A stretch of 59,935 bases of DNA from contig NC_091991.1 of NCBI RefSeq assembly GCF_044704955.1, positions 181,474,001-181,533,935 on the forward strand, read 5' to 3'. Positions 37,477 to 49,995 of the stretch are shown one piece after another (positions within the stretch are counted from its first letter, which is position 1; the number at the start of each line of letters is the position of its first letter). Source of the DNA: Pristiophorus japonicus (Eukaryota). Position numbers and translations under genes: made by a program. A model generated the notes under the pieces. The model saw only the letters and a list, made by a program, of their open reading frames with translations. It was not told the DNA's origin and ran no database searches.

Positions 37477-37863
37477 GGGAGAGAGAGAGACTGGGGGAGA
37501 AAGAGAGAGAGAGAGAGACTGGGGGAGAGAGTGAGAGAGAGACTGGGGGAGAGGGAGAGAGAAAGAGAGAGAGACTGGAGGAGGGAGAGAGAGACTGAGG
37601 GAGGGAGAGAGAGAGAGAGAGAGAGAGACTGGATAAGAGGGAGAGAGAGAGAAAGAGACTGGGGGAGAGAGAGAGAGAGTGTTGTGGGGGAGTGAGAGAG
37701 AGACTGAGGGAGGAAGAGAGAAAGAGAGAGAGAGACTGGGGGAGGGAGAGAGACTGAGGGAGGGAGAGAGAGAGAGACTGGATAAGAGGGAGGGAGAGCG
37801 AGAGAGTCTGGGGGAGGGAGAGGAAGAGAGAGAGACTGGGGGAAAGAGAGAGAGAGAGAGAGA
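35653..37863. repeat. (GA)n-CTGGGG compound satellite with three assembly gaps
   Basis: Repeating GAGAGACTGGGG units; N runs at 35702-35853, 36838-36980 and 37227-37406. Confidence 0.95.
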
Positions 37864-37864
37864 A

Positions 37865-38026
37865 TGTTGTGTCCTTACACACTACTATAAATTCACACGA
37901 GGCACATTCTGCAGACAAGGTCACTCTATGACCTGAACCTTTATTCACAGGACCAAGAAGTGATGACCCTGTGTGGGACCTCCCTTTATATACCTGGATG
38001 ACCAGGTGAGGAGTGTCTCCCACAAG
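37865..38026 (-). mobile_element. Partial LTR related to the element A and B LTRs
   Basis: Reverse complement contains TATATAAA, AATAAAGG..agagtgaccttg..gcctcgtgtgaat and ends in CA. Confidence 0.7.
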
Positions 38027-38487
38027 TGGAGTGTCAGCCTAGATTTGTGCGCTCAAATCTGTCGTGAGATTTGAACCCACAACCTTCTGACTCAGAGGAT
38101 AGGCAGTCAAAACAGAACGGCAAAGGATCTCACTGGTGTGATGTTAATGGCTGCTTAATTCGGAAGTTATTGAGTTCAGTGTCAAGATTAATATGCACTG
38201 TATGTGATAACTCTGCTGGCACAAGGGTGTGGGCCTTCAGAGGGAGCGTCCTTTCTGTTTGGATATGGTTTTGCTTACCTCCAAAAGGCAGCAAGTTACA
38301 GGCGTGTAACAAATGTACCAAGTAGCCCAACACACCTCAGAGGCAGGCAAGAGACACCAAATAGAAAACAGTGAAGAATATATAGGAGGTGAGCGGGGGT
38401 GCAGTTGAAGAAATGGGCTTTTGATGAGGGGGGGGGGTCAATTTTCAAAATAAAATAGTCGTTGTCAATGTTCTGAAGTGCTGCAGG

Positions 38488-38625
38488 TGGGTGTCATCCC
38501 CAAATTTGGAGATACTACATTTAATCCCCTCATCTACATCATTAATGTACAATGTAAACAACTGGGACCCCAGCACAGAACCTTGCGGTACCCCACTAGT
38601 CACTGCCTGCCATTCTGAAAAGTGC
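38488..38625 (-). mobile_element. Short CR1 RT fragment
   Basis: WQAVTSGVPQGSVLG...SKFGDDT. Confidence 0.8.
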
Positions 38626-38636
38626 CCAGTCAATGT

Positions 38637-41600
38637 TGTCATGTATCTTACATTAGTATATATAACTGTATCCTAACATGCTATACATGACTGTAATAAG
38701 ATATGACCTGTAACCACCAGCATACCTTACCACCAGGGGTGCACTTGCAAGAGACAGGTATATAAGGGCAGGTCTCAGGCAAGTGCAGCATTCCAGAGCT
38801 GTGAAATAAAGGTGCAGGTCCAGAGTGACCTTGACTTCACTACATGCCTCGTGTGAATCTGTACTGAGGGGACAGGACTTTACAGTGGCGATGAGTTACG
38901 GGATTACAGAATCCACAGAATGGCGAACAACGGATCAGATGAAAAGTACAATGTTGGAGACAATTGGGAGGACTTTATAGAAAGGCTCCAGCAAAGCTTT
39001 GTGACCAAAGACTGGTTAGGCGATGATAAGGCAGACAAGAGACGAGCCCATCTCTTGACCAGCTGTGGCTCGAAAACATACGCCTTAATGAAGGACCCGT
39101 TGGCACCCGAGAAACCAGCAAGCGAGTCATTTGAAGAATTGAGCACACTGGTAAGAGACCACCTGAAGCCAGCGAGCAGCCTACACATGGTCAGACACAG
39201 GTTCTACAACTACAGACGCTGTGTGGGCCAGAGCATACCCGACTTCGTGGCGGAACTTCGGAGGTTGGCTAGTTTATGTGAGTTCTCCGATGAACTGAGG
39301 AGAGAAATGCTGAGAGACTTTTTCATTGAAGGAATAGGCCACGCAGGCATATTCCAAAACCTCATAGAGACCAATAACCTGACCTTAGAGGCAGCAGCAC
39401 TGGTTACACAGACATTCTTGGGGAAGAAGAAACGAGGTTGATTTACAATGCAGGTACGACAACTAACGAAATATCGGAACAAGAAGTTCACAGCATTAAA
39501 CAAGCTGCTACCCCCACTCACAGACAAAACCGGGAGAACAGGCTCTCGACAGCAGGCAGTGGCGTCAGAAGCCATCAAGGGCCACAGGAACGGCCATTCA
39601 CACCTCATCAACCCACAATGCGAGCAATCAACTACAAACTGAGAGAAGCTCAAGAGAGATCAGCCAGACGCAGCTCATTCTTTGGGAACAATAGAAGCAG
39701 TCTGTGCTGGAGGTGTGGGGGTGGGCACTCGGCAAGGGGATGTCGATTTCAGCAGGCTGTTTGCAGGAACTGTGAATATACAGGGCATTTGGCCCGCATG
39801 TGCAAAAAAACAGAAGCTCGGCTGGTATACGAATCGGATGGGTCGGAAAGCGGACCAGAAGACGGTGGGGACAGTACCTGGGACACCGATGTACAGCTGG
39901 TCAACACGATCAATGGCCGCTGCTCCTACAACAGGACGCCTCCTATAATGATGAGGGTCCTACTCAACGGGATACCTTTCAACATAGAGCTGGATACGGG
40001 AGTGAGTCAATCTCTCATGGGCGCTCAACAATTTGAACAACTGTGGCCGCATAAAAGAGACAGACCAAAACTCACAAGGGTCGACACCAAACTAAAGACC
40101 TATACCAAAGAAATCGTACCAGTCCTCGGCAGCGCCATGCTCTCTGTCACACACAAAGGGACAGTGAACCGACTTCCCCTGTGGATTGTCCCCGGAGACC
40201 CCCCAGCACTGCTGGGGAGAAGCTGGCTGGCAAAACTAAACTGGAAATGGGATGATGTCCATGCCATGTCTAGAGAAACGGACCTCCTGCTCAACAGTTA
40301 TAAAGCGATTTGAACATCTCTTTCAGCCAGGTGTGGGCACTTTCAAAGGGGCCAAAGTCAAAATCTACATCACACAGGATGCTAGACCGGTCCATCACAA
40401 GGCCAGAGCTGTACCCTATGTGATGAGGGAAAAGATTGAACACGAACTAGACAGGCTTCTGCGGGAAGGCATTATATCACCTGTGGAATTTAGCGACTGG
40501 GCAAGTCCCATCGTCCCAGTCATGAAGCCTGATGGATCCGTACGAATCTGTGGGGACTACAAATCTACCATAAACAGAGTCTCCCTACAGGACCAGTACC
40601 CGCTGCCCAGAGCGGAGGACTTATTTGCCACATTGGCTGGAGGTAAACTTTTCTCAAAACTAGACCTCACATCTGCGTATATGACGCAAGAATTGACCGA
40701 GGAATCCAAGCTACTCACCACCATCAACACACATCGAGGCCTTTTCATGTACAATCGATGCCCATTCGGCATCAGGTCGGTAGCTGCCATATTCCAGCGC
40801 AACATGGAGAGTCTACTCAAGTCCATCCCGGGGACGGTTGTATTTCAAGACGACATACTTATCACGGGCAGGGACACCGACTCCCATCTCCGTAATTTGG
40901 AGGAAGTACTAAAGCGGTTGGATCGGGTAGGCCTACGAGTCAAGAAATCCAAGTGCCTGTTTCTCACGCCCGAGGTTGAATTTTTGGGCAGAAGGATTGC
41001 CGCTGATGGAATTCGGCCAACAGAGTCCAAAACAGAAGCAATTTGCCTGGCACCCAGGCCCCGGAATGTCTCAGAACTGCGCACCTTTCTCGGGCTACTC
41101 AACTACTTTGGGAACTTTATGCAGAACTTAAGCATGCTGCTGGAGCCTCTCCACGTGCTACTCAGGAAGGGGTGCGATTGGTTTTGGGGGGACGCCCAGG
41201 AACGCGCCTTCAATAAGGCACGCAACCTTCTGTGTTCCAACAGTGTTTTGACTTTCTTTGATCCAGGTAAAAAGCTAGTTCTCACATGCGATGCGTCAGT
41301 GTATGGGATCGGGTGCGTTTTGCAACATGTCAATAGTGCAGGCAAATTACAACCCATAGCTTATGCCTCCAGGTCACTTTCGCGGGCGGAGCGCGGGTAC
41401 GGAATGGAAGAGAAGGAGGCGCTCGCGTGCGTGTACGATGTCAAAAAGATGCACCAATACCTTTTCGGGGCCAAGTTCGCGTTAGAAACCGACCACAAGC
41501 CCCTCACGTCCCTCCTATCCGAGAGCAAGGCAATAAATGCCAACGCCTCGGCGTGAATTCAAAGGTGGGCACTCATGCAGGCTACCCCTGGCGACCACGG

Positions 41601-43317
41601 AAGGGTCTGACGAACAGGACTGTGAGATAGTCATGGCAATCAATGCCTTTGAGTCCACAGGTTCGCCCATGACGGCTCGCCAAATCAGAGCCTGGATGGC
41701 CAGCGACTCCACGGTATCCTTAGTAAAAAGATGTGTCCTAACCGGTGACTGGGCAGAGGCTCGCAATGCCTAACCCGAGGATTTAAAACCCTTTCACAGG
41801 CGCATGCATGAGCTATCACTACAAGCAGACTGCCTGATGTGGGGCAGCCGAGTAGTCATGCCTCTGCGAGGCAGAGAGGCATTTGTCCGGGAGCTCCACC
41901 GCGAGCACCTGGGGATCGTTCTCATGAAGGCCATAGCCAGATCCCACGTCTGGTGGCCTGTTATTGACGCGGACTTGGAGCTCTGCGTCCGAAGGAGCAA
42001 CATTTGTGCCCAACTCAGCAATGCCCCCAGCGAGGCTCCCCTGAGCCCCTGGCCCTGGCCTACCAAACCGTGGTCGCGGGTGCACGTAGACAATGCGGGC
42101 CCATTCATGGGCAAAATGTTCCTCGTAGTTGTAGATGCATTTTCAAAGTGGATCGAATGCACCATTTTAAACTCGAGCACAACCTCCACCACTGTGGAGA
42201 GCCTCACAACCATGTTTGCAATGCACGGAATCCCTGACATATTGGTCAGTGACAATGGTCCGAGCTTCACCAGCGCAGAATTCCTAGATTTTATAATTGA
42301 CCACGGCATAAATCACGTCAAGACGGCACTGTTCAAGCCGGCCTCCAACGGCCAGGCGGAGAGAGCAGTGCAAATCATTAAACAAGGCATGCTTAAAATC
42401 CAAGGTCCCACGCTGCAGGGTCGCCTGTCGCGACTGCTGCTGGCATACAGATCTCGTCCGCACTCATTGACTGGGATCCCCCCGTGCAACTGTTGATGAA
42501 AAGGACTTTAAAAACAAGGCTCTCATTAATCCTCCCAGACATGCACGAAATTGTTGAGGCAAAGCGTCGTAAGCTGACTGAGTACCATGACAGAAATTTG
42601 AGGGGGAGATGAAATGAGATAGGGGACAAAGTGTTTGTACTAAACTATGGCAGGGGTCCCAAATGGCTTGCAGGAACAGTAACGGGCAAAGAAGGAAACA
42701 GGCTACTGGTAGTACAAATGGACAATGGCAAAACCTGCCGGAGGCATGTCGACCAAGTCAAAAGCAGATTTACCAACAACATTGCGGAACCAGAGGCAGA
42801 CTACAATGTGGAACTCGCACCACACCTGGTGGACAGACAGAGGGAACAACCTGAGGAAAAGGCAATCCCAACAGACAGCCCAGGCGAGACACCAACAATC
42901 ACACCAATCGAAACAGACAGCCCAGGCGAGATACCAGCAACCACACCCAAAGAAAAACAGACACCCACCAAGGGAAACAACTGAACCACAACTCAGACGC
43001 TCCACGCGAGAGCGTAGACCACTTGAGAGACTGAACCTATAAAGACAATAAGACCTTGGGGGAGGGTGATGTCATGTATCTTACATTATTATATATAACT
43101 GTATCCCAACATGCTATACATGACTGTAATAAGATATGACCTGTAACCACCAGCATACCTTACCACCAGGGGTGCACTTGCAAGAGACAGATATATAAGG
43201 ACAGGTCTCGGGCAAGTGCAGCATCCCAGAGCTGTGAAATAAAGGTGCAGGTCCAGAGTGACCTTGACTTCACTACATGCCTCGTGTGAATCTGTACTGA
43301 GGGGACAGGACTTTACA
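38637..43317 (+). mobile_element. Structurally complete Ty3/Gypsy (Mag-like) LTR retrotransposon B, 4681 bp; gag-pol broken by frameshifts and stops
   Basis: LTRs 38637-38884 and 43070-43317 (248 bp, 6 differences counted); TSD AATGT on both sides; PBS TGGCGATGAG; PPT GGGGGAGGG. Order gag (two CCHC) - PR (LDTG) - RT (FQDD) - RNase H (CDAS, TDHKPL) - integrase (SDNG, NGQAER). Confidence 0.97.
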
Positions 43318-43659
43318 AATGTTCCGGCTAATTTTTTTCCGGCTGCGCGGCCCACTCAAATTACTGCACACGAGAGTTCTGTTCCATTGGAACGCCGTTG
43401 AGCCGGCTGCACGGGACATCGTCGTGCGACTGCGCAGCTCAATGGGAACATTGGTCGTTGTTGTTTAGTAGACAAGGCAATGGACGATTAGCACACCAGG
43501 ATCCCACAAACAGCTTATGCAATAAAGATCATCAGTTCCTGATGGTGTCGCTCAAGGGAGAAATGCTGGCCACAATGCCTGAAGAATTTCCTGCTCTTTT
43601 TGAACAAGAACTGTGGGGCTCTTCTACGCCTGCCTGAACAGGCAGAGAGAACATTGGTT

Positions 43660-44075
43660 TTAACTCGCCAAGGCTTCTTCAGCAGCACCTCCCAAACCCG
43701 CGGCCTCTACCACCTAGAAGGACAAGGGCAGCAGGCGCATGGGAACACCACCACCTCCACGTTCCCCTCCAAGGCACACACCATCCTGACTTGGAAATAT
43801 ATCACAGTTCCTTCATCGTCGCTGGGTCAAAATCTTGGAACTCCCTCCATAACTGTACCGCGGGAGTATCTGCACTGTCGGAGGTGCTGTCCCTTGGATG
43901 AGACGTTAAACTAAGGCCCCCATCTGCTCTCTCAAAAACAGCTTCTCAGACAGTGCAGCACCTCCTCAGTGCTGCACTGAAAAATCAACTTCATTTACGT
44001 GCTCAAGTCCTGGAGTGACACTTGAATCCATAAACTTCTGACTCGAGATACTGCCAGTGAACCACAACTGACACT
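43660..44075. mobile_element. LINE 3' fragment (same family as 53058-53370) plus SINE fragments
   Basis: Shares ctctaccacctagaaggacaagggcagcaggcgcatgggaacacc with 53080; SINE core and head pieces follow. Confidence 0.65.
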
Positions 44076-44892
44076 AAAGAGAGAGTTCAGAAAAATTCAA
44101 GAAAAGAGGAGTGCAGGCGCATGGTGCATGAAGGCTCTGTCCCGAACCGTGACACGGGGAAGGGAATGGTCTCAACACCCAGTCGACCAGAGACATTGGA
44201 CTGCTGAGGTACTGGGCTCAAGAAGATTCCAACAGTAGGAAAAGTTTTGCAGGCACTGGGCACCCTCAGGTATCTCATCAAAGTGGCTATTAATGTGTGA
44301 ACGTTGACAGCGAGTGCCAGGAAGCTATTTAACGTGAAATGGGCAGGAGGCATTCACAGCTGGTACCCAATCTTATTCTCATGATTTCTAGCAACTGAGG
44401 GAAATCCCTATTAGATGAACCTGCATGCCGCTAGGGACCATGACAACAGCCCCGAGAGCAGGCTACGCGAGCCAACCGGCTTCCCACTGCCAGCACCGGG
44501 CACGGAACCGCCACAGGACTGCAGGGACACCACCCAGCAGCTCCGGAACTAGCCGTCCTTACGCACCGGTCACCATATCGACAAGGCATCGAACGCTCTT
44601 GTCGCACCACGGAACCACAAAAAAAAAAAGAGAAACGCAAAACCCACTCACCTGAACTTGTAGGTACATGAATGCCAGGAGCCTCCGCCACACCAACATG
44701 GGAAGGGGGGAGAATGGAGTGGTCAGGAACACATACACATACAAACAGCAACCACCAGCACGCTACTGCACCAATGACCCACTCAAGGTTGAGCCAGCCA
44801 GCTAGAGGTCTATCAGACAGAACCCATATAGAGCTAAGCCCACAGCATAGTTAATGCAGAGGCAATTTGCACTGAAGGTTCAGGGGGAGTGA

Positions 44893-45106
44893 TATCATGT
44901 ATCTTACATGGTCACTGTTGGTACTATATCAAGGTGTGCCACCAGAGGGCATAGCAGTGGGAGATTCATAGGTTACCTGTACAGGTGTGCCTGGCCTAGG
45001 TATGATCCTCACTCTGGAGTTAACTAAGAAAGGACTAAGGTCACTACAGTTCAACTACAACACATTGCCCCATGGAGTCATTGTTAGAGCATCTAAGGAC
45101 ATAACA
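44893..45106 (+). mobile_element. 3' LTR of Gypsy element A, preceded by PPT AGGGGGAG
   Basis: About 90% identical to 32329-32562, with a ~20-bp deletion removing the TATA box; ends in CA. Confidence 0.88.
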
Positions 45107-47852
45107 GAAGGATAGAATAAAAGGAAGGATAGAATAAAAGGAAAAGGAGGTGGGGTAGCATTGCTGGTTAAAGACGAGATTAATGCAATAGTTAGGAAGG
45201 ACATTAGCTTGGATGGTGTGGAATCTATATGGATAGAGCTGCAGAACACCAAAGGGCAAAAAACATTAGTGGGAGTTGTGTACAGACCTCCAAACAGTAG
45301 TAGTGATGTTGGGGAGGGCATCAAGCAGGAAATTAGGGGTGCATGCAATAAAGGTGCAGCAGTTATCATGGGTGACTTTAATATGCACATAGATTGGGCT
45401 AACCAAACTGGAAGCAATACGGTGGAGGAGGATTTCCTGGAGTGCATAAGGATGGTTTTCGAAACCAATATGTTGAGGAACCAGCTAGGGGGGAGGCCAT
45501 CTTAGACTGGGTGTTGTGTAATGAGAGAGGATTCATTAGCAATCTTGTTGTGGGAGGCCCCTTGGGGAAGAGTGACCATAATATGGTGGAATTCTACATT
45601 AGGATGGAGAATGAAACAGTTAATTCAGAGACCATGGTCCATAACTTAAAGAAGGGTAACTTTGAAGGTATGAGGCGTGAATTGGCTAGGATAGATTGGC
45701 GAATGATACTTAAGGGGTTGACAGTGGATGTGCAGTGGCAGACATTTAGAGACCGCATGGATGAACTACAACAATTGTACATTCCTGTCTGGCGTAAAAA
45801 TAAAAAAGGGAAGGTGGCTCAACCGTGGCTATCAAGGGAAATCAGGGATAGTATTAAAGCCAAGGAAGTGGCATACAAATTGGCCAGAAATAGCAGCGAA
45901 CCCGGGGACTGGGAGAAATTTAGAACTCAGCAGAGGAGGACAAAGGGTTTGATTAGGGCAGGGAAAATGGAGTAGGAGAAGAAGCTTGCAGGGAACTTTA
46001 AGACGGACTGCAAAAGCTTCTATAGATATGTAAAGAGAAAAAGGTTAGTAAAGACAAACGTGGGTCCCCTGCAGTCAGAATCAGGGGAAGTCATAACGGG
46101 GAACAAAGAAATGGCAGACCAATTGAATAAGTACTTTGGTTCGGTATTCACTAAAGAGGACACAAACAACCTTCCGGATATAAAAGGGGTCAGAGGGTCC
46201 AGTAAGAAGGAGGAACTGAGGGAAACCCTTATTAGTCAGGAAATTGTGTTGGGGAAATTGATGGGATTGAAGGCCGATAAATCCCCAGGGCCTGATGGTC
46301 TGCATCCCAGAGTACTTAAGGAGGTGGCCTTCGAAATAGCGGATGCATTGACAGTCATTTTCCAACATTCCATTGACTCTGGATCAGTTCCTATGGAGTG
46401 GAGGGTAGCCAATGTAACCCCACTTTTTAAAAAAGGAGGGAGAGAGAAAACAGGGAATTATAGACCGGTCAGCCTGACATCGGTAGTGGGTAAAATGATG
46501 GAATCAATTATTAAGGATGTCATAGCAGCGCACTTGGAAAGAGGTGACATGACATGGATTTGTGAAAGGGAAATCATGCTTGACAAATCTTCTGAAATTT
46601 TTTGAGGATGTTTCCAGTAGAGTGGACAAGGGAGAACCAGTTGATGTGGTGTATTTGGACTTTCAGAAGGCTTTCGACAAGGTCCCACATAAGAGATCAA
46701 TGTGCAAAGTTAAAGCACATGGGATTGGGGGTAGTGTGCTGACGTGGATTGAGAACTGGTTGGCAGACAGGCAGCAAAGAGTAGGAGTAAATGGGTACTT
46801 TTCAGAATGGCAGGCAGTGACTAGTGGGGTACCGCAAGGTTCTGTGCTGGGGCCCCATTTGTTTACATTGTACATTAATGATTTAGACGAGGGGATTAAA
46901 TGTAGTATCTCCAAATTTGGGGATAACACTAAGTTGCGTGGCAGTGTGAGCTGCGAGGAGGATGCTATGAGGCTGCACAGTGACTTGGATAGATTAGGTG
47001 AGTGGGCAAATACATGGCAGATGAAGTATAATGTGGATAAATGTGAGGTTATCCACTTTGGTGGTAAAAACAGAGAGACAGACTATTATTTGAATGGTGA
47101 CAGATTAGGAAAAGGGGAGGTGCAACGAGACCTGGGTGTCATGGTACATCAGTCATTGAAGGTTGGCATGCAAGTACAGCAGGCGGTTAAGAAAGCAAAT
47201 GGCATGTTGGCCTTCATAGTGAGGGGATTTGAGTACAGGGGCAGGGAGGTGTTACTACAGTTGTACAGTGCCTTGGTGAGGCCACACCTGGAGTATTATG
47301 TACAGTTTTGGTCTCCTAACTTGAGGAAGGACATTCTTGCTATTGAGGGAGTGCAGCGAAGGTTCACCAGACTGATTCCCGGGATGGTGGGACTGACATA
47401 TGACGAAAGACTGGATCAACTGGGCTTGTATTCACTGGAGTTCAGAAGAATGAGAGGGGATTTCATAGAAACGTTTAAAATTCTGATGGGTTTAGACAGG
47501 TTAGATGCAGGAAGAATGTTCCCAATGTTGGGGAAGTCCAGAACCAGGGGTCACAGTCTAAGGATAAGGGGTAAGCCATTTAGGACTGAGATGAGGAGAA
47601 ACTTCTTCACCCAGAGAGTGGTGAACCTGTGGAATTCTCTACCACAGAAAGTTGTTGAGGCCAATTCACTAAATATATTCAAAAAGGAGTTAGATGTAGT
47701 CCTTACTACTCGGGGGATCAAGGGGTATGGCGAGAAAGCAGGAATGGGGTACTGAAGTTGCATGTTCAGCCATGAACTCATTGAATGGCGGTGCAGGCTC
47801 GAAGGGCCGAATGGCCTACTCCTGCACCTATTTTCTATGTTTCTACGTTTCT
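45107..47852 (+). mobile_element. CR1 LINE (second subfamily), ORF2 endonuclease + RT, 5'-truncated and disrupted
   Basis: GGGVALLV, YRPP, GDFN, SDH, YLDFQKAFD; (TTTCTAYG)n tail; 17-bp tandem duplication at the 5' junction. Confidence 0.96.
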
Positions 47853-47854
47853 AC

Positions 47855-48380
47855 CTCATTAAGGTGTACAAAATATTGAGGCGCCTGTACATAGTGGATA
47901 GTAAGCGCCTATTTCCGTTGGTGGATGGGGTCTATTACGAGGGGGGCATAGTTTTAAAGTGGTTGGTGGAAGGTTTAGATGGGTTTGGGGGGTGGCTTCT
48001 TTACGCAGAGGGTTGTGGAGATCTGGAACTCGCTGCCTGGAAGAGTGGTGGATGCAGAAACCCTCATCACTTTTAAGAGATGGTTGGATGGGCACTTAAA
48101 GTGCAGTAACCAGCAGGGTTACGGACCTGGAGCTGGTAATTGGGATTAGACTGGATGACCTTTTGTTGGCCGGCACAGATATAAGGGGTGTCGCAGTTGT
48201 GTGGGGCGGACTGGTTGGACTGGGTGCTCTTTGTCTTTCCGCCATTGTTCATTGTTCATAGGTTTATATGTTACCTTCAGGGCTGCAGACCGAGGGCCGT
48301 GCGGCTCTTTGTCGGCCGGCGCGGACACGAAGGGCTGAAATGGCCTCCTTCTGCGCTGTAAATTTCTGTGTTTCTATGAG
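47855..48380 (+). mobile_element. Older CR1, right half (LIKVYKIL...) and 3'UTR
   Basis: Continues the peptide interrupted at 32328; ends in a tttctgtgtttctatg tail. Confidence 0.75.
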
Positions 48381-48734
48381 TTGTTGTGATCTGGAATGCA
48401 CTGCCTGAAAAGGCGATGGAAGCGGATTCAATAGTAACTTTCAAAAGACAATTGGATAATGACTTGAAGAAACATTAGCTGGTCTGTGGGGAAAGAGCAG
48501 GAGAGTGGGCTGTCACAGGGAAGATGGACCGAATCACCTCTTACTGTGCTATATCTTTCTATGATTATAATATGGACCATTCTTAATTGGTTAGAAAGTA
48601 CTTTGGGAAGTCCTGAGGTTGTGAAAGATGCCGTATAAATGCAAGTCTTTCTTTACTTTCCTATCAATCAGTGGTCATTCCCATCCCATTAAGGATTATT
48701 ACCCATTTCCTAATTATTCGAGAAATCATGTGAG

Positions 48735-49477
48735 TTGAGTTCAGTTTCCTGTGTACACAGAGTAAAGTCCAGGCTCCACCCTGGCACAGAACCTATGACC
48801 CAGCACATGTCGAGGCTTTATCACCAGCCCAGACACTGGGCATTCCAACAAAGGGAGCCTGCATGCACAGGGACAACCCAGAAAAACTAGCAACCGCTTT
48901 CAAAACAAGCTGTCATACGCTCCAAATAGTTCCAGGGATGAGGGACTTCAGTGACGTGGATAGACTGGAGAAGCTGGGGTTGTTCTCCTTGGAGCAAAGA
49001 AGGTTGAGAGGAGATTTGATCGAGGTGTTCAAAATCATGAGGGGTCTGGACAGAGTAGAGAGAGAGAAACTGTTCCCATTGGTGGAAGGGTCGGGAACCA
49101 GAGGACACAGGCAGAAGAACCAAAGGTGACATGAGGAAAAACATTTTTACGCAGCGAGTGGTTAGGATCTGGATTGCACTGCCTGAGGTGGTGGAAGCAG
49201 ACTCTCAACCTTCTTTGCTCCAAGGAGAACAACCCCAGCTTCTCCAGTCTACCCACGTAACTGAGGTCCCTCATCCCTGGAACTATTTGGAGCGTATGAC
49301 AGCTTGTTTGGAAAGCGGTTGCTAGTTTTTCTGGGTTGTCCCTGTGCATGCAGGCTCCCTTTGTTGGAATGCCCAGTGTCTGGACTGGTGATAAAGCCTC
49401 GACATGTGCTGGGTCATAGGTTCTGTGCCAGGGTGGAGCCTGGACTTTACTTTGTGTACACAGGAAACTGAACTCAA
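48735..49477. repeat. Long inverted repeat: arms 48735-49010 and 49202-49477 (276 bp each), 191-bp spacer
   Basis: The arms are reverse complements with about 6 mismatches. Confidence 0.93.
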
Positions 49478-49583
49478 TCATAGCTTTTAAAAGGAAATTG
49501 GATAAGTATCTGAAAGAAAAAAATTTGCAGGGCTACGGGGAAAGGGCGGGCGAGTGAGCCTGGCTGAAGCGCCCTTGCAGAGA

Positions 49584-49995
49584 TGTTTGGGCTCGCGAGG
49601 TCGGGGCGAAGGAGCGACGAGTGATTGTGGAGTGACGTGATCGGGGGCCAGGAAAGGTGTGAGTTCGGGGCCGAGAAGAGGCGAGGGACCCAGGGGCAGC
49701 ACGGGCCCAGCCCACACTGCGATATGTGTGCACTAGGTCCGTGCAGCAGAGCAGGTCTCCAGTCGTCCTGGTTAACCCTTGCCACTGGACCAAGGCCTCG
49801 CTCTGTCAAGCCCGTGTGGTGGCTGGTGTGCAACGGTCACCCCACGTTAAAACAATCCACCCACAGGCACCTTCCACCCTTCAGGATGCAATTGTGAACC
49901 TGGAATATTAGCTCCTTCATTGAAACACCTGTGAACTCATCCCTTTTTGGCGTGGAAGCAAGTCATCCTCGATACGAGGGACTGCCTATGATGAT
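49584..49995 (+). mobile_element. Non-autonomous RTE-dependent short element inserted in a CR1 3'UTR
   Basis: RTE-type 3' end (gtggaagcaagtcatcctcga..gagggactgcctatgatgat); imperfect 10-bp TSD CTTGCAGAGA/CTTGCAAAGA. Confidence 0.75.

Noticed and set aside
34847-38023. 1058-aa ORF
   Set aside because: Artefact of a stop-free (TC)n satellite and N gaps fused to a truncated CR1 RT tail.
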